Notes under the pieces: generated by a model | Database searches by the model: none | Seen by the model: the letters and a program-made list of their open reading frames with translations, nothing else | What the model was told of the DNA's origin: nothing | Position numbers and translations under genes: made by a program | Source of the DNA: a virus | Taxonomy: Duplodnaviria > Caudoviricetes | Strand: one strand, 5' to 3' | DNA length: 53,734 nt | IMG/VR virus record: IMGVR_UViG_3300003691_000007 | Location: 1-53,734 of that record | Shown: one piece after another, positions 53,715 to 53,734 of the stretch | Layout: every line of letters starts with the position of its first letter | Position numbering within the stretch: position 1 is the first letter of the stretch

Positions 53715-53734
53715 CGTTAAGAGGACAACAACAT

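Larger units (their letters stand above)
1..53734. mobile_element. Tailed phage genome (podovirus-like morphogenesis genes, lambdoid-like early region), apparently near-complete
   Basis: Terminase, portal, scaffold, capsid, lysis, replication, recombination and tail/ejection modules all present. No host housekeeping genes, tape measure or sheath recognised. Confidence 0.95.

Noticed and set aside
1-53734. Alternative genetic code or stop-codon recoding
   Set aside because: Genes tile densely under the standard code and all three stop codons are used normally.

Overview
The window is a tailed dsDNA bacteriophage genome, apparently near-complete and circularly permuted, with no host genes. The host is probably Gram-negative and gammaproteobacterial (spanins, E. 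coli-like SSB, sigma70 promoters). One long leftward late unit starts at about 13.2 kb: lipoprotein, lysis cassette, fibre, terS/terL, portal, scaffold and capsid. It continues across the window edge through adaptor, tail and ejection genes of podovirus type and ends in a 4055-aa polyvalent protein (31328-43495). The centre has a lambdoid layout. Leftward are O/P-like replication genes with iterons, ssb, HNH, many small ORFs, DUF1367, DUF1364 and VRR-NUC. Rightward are ERF, a YqaJ-type exonuclease and DUF2303. I could recognise no integrase, CI repressor, Q antiterminator, DNA polymerase or RNA polymerase. The standout is the giant protein, placed like an ejection protein. It carries ParB-like, inorganic-pyrophosphatase-like, GGDEF (SGDEF, no I-site), N6-adenine methyltransferase, Strawberry-notch SF2 helicase and zincin domains, so it is a candidate virion-delivered c-di-nucleotide signalling and anti-restriction machine. 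Other highlights are repeated RNA-like motifs in the scaffold leader, an SD-occluding hairpin before the capsid gene, and a repressor-less divergent switch. All assignments come from motif recognition by eye; no searches were run.
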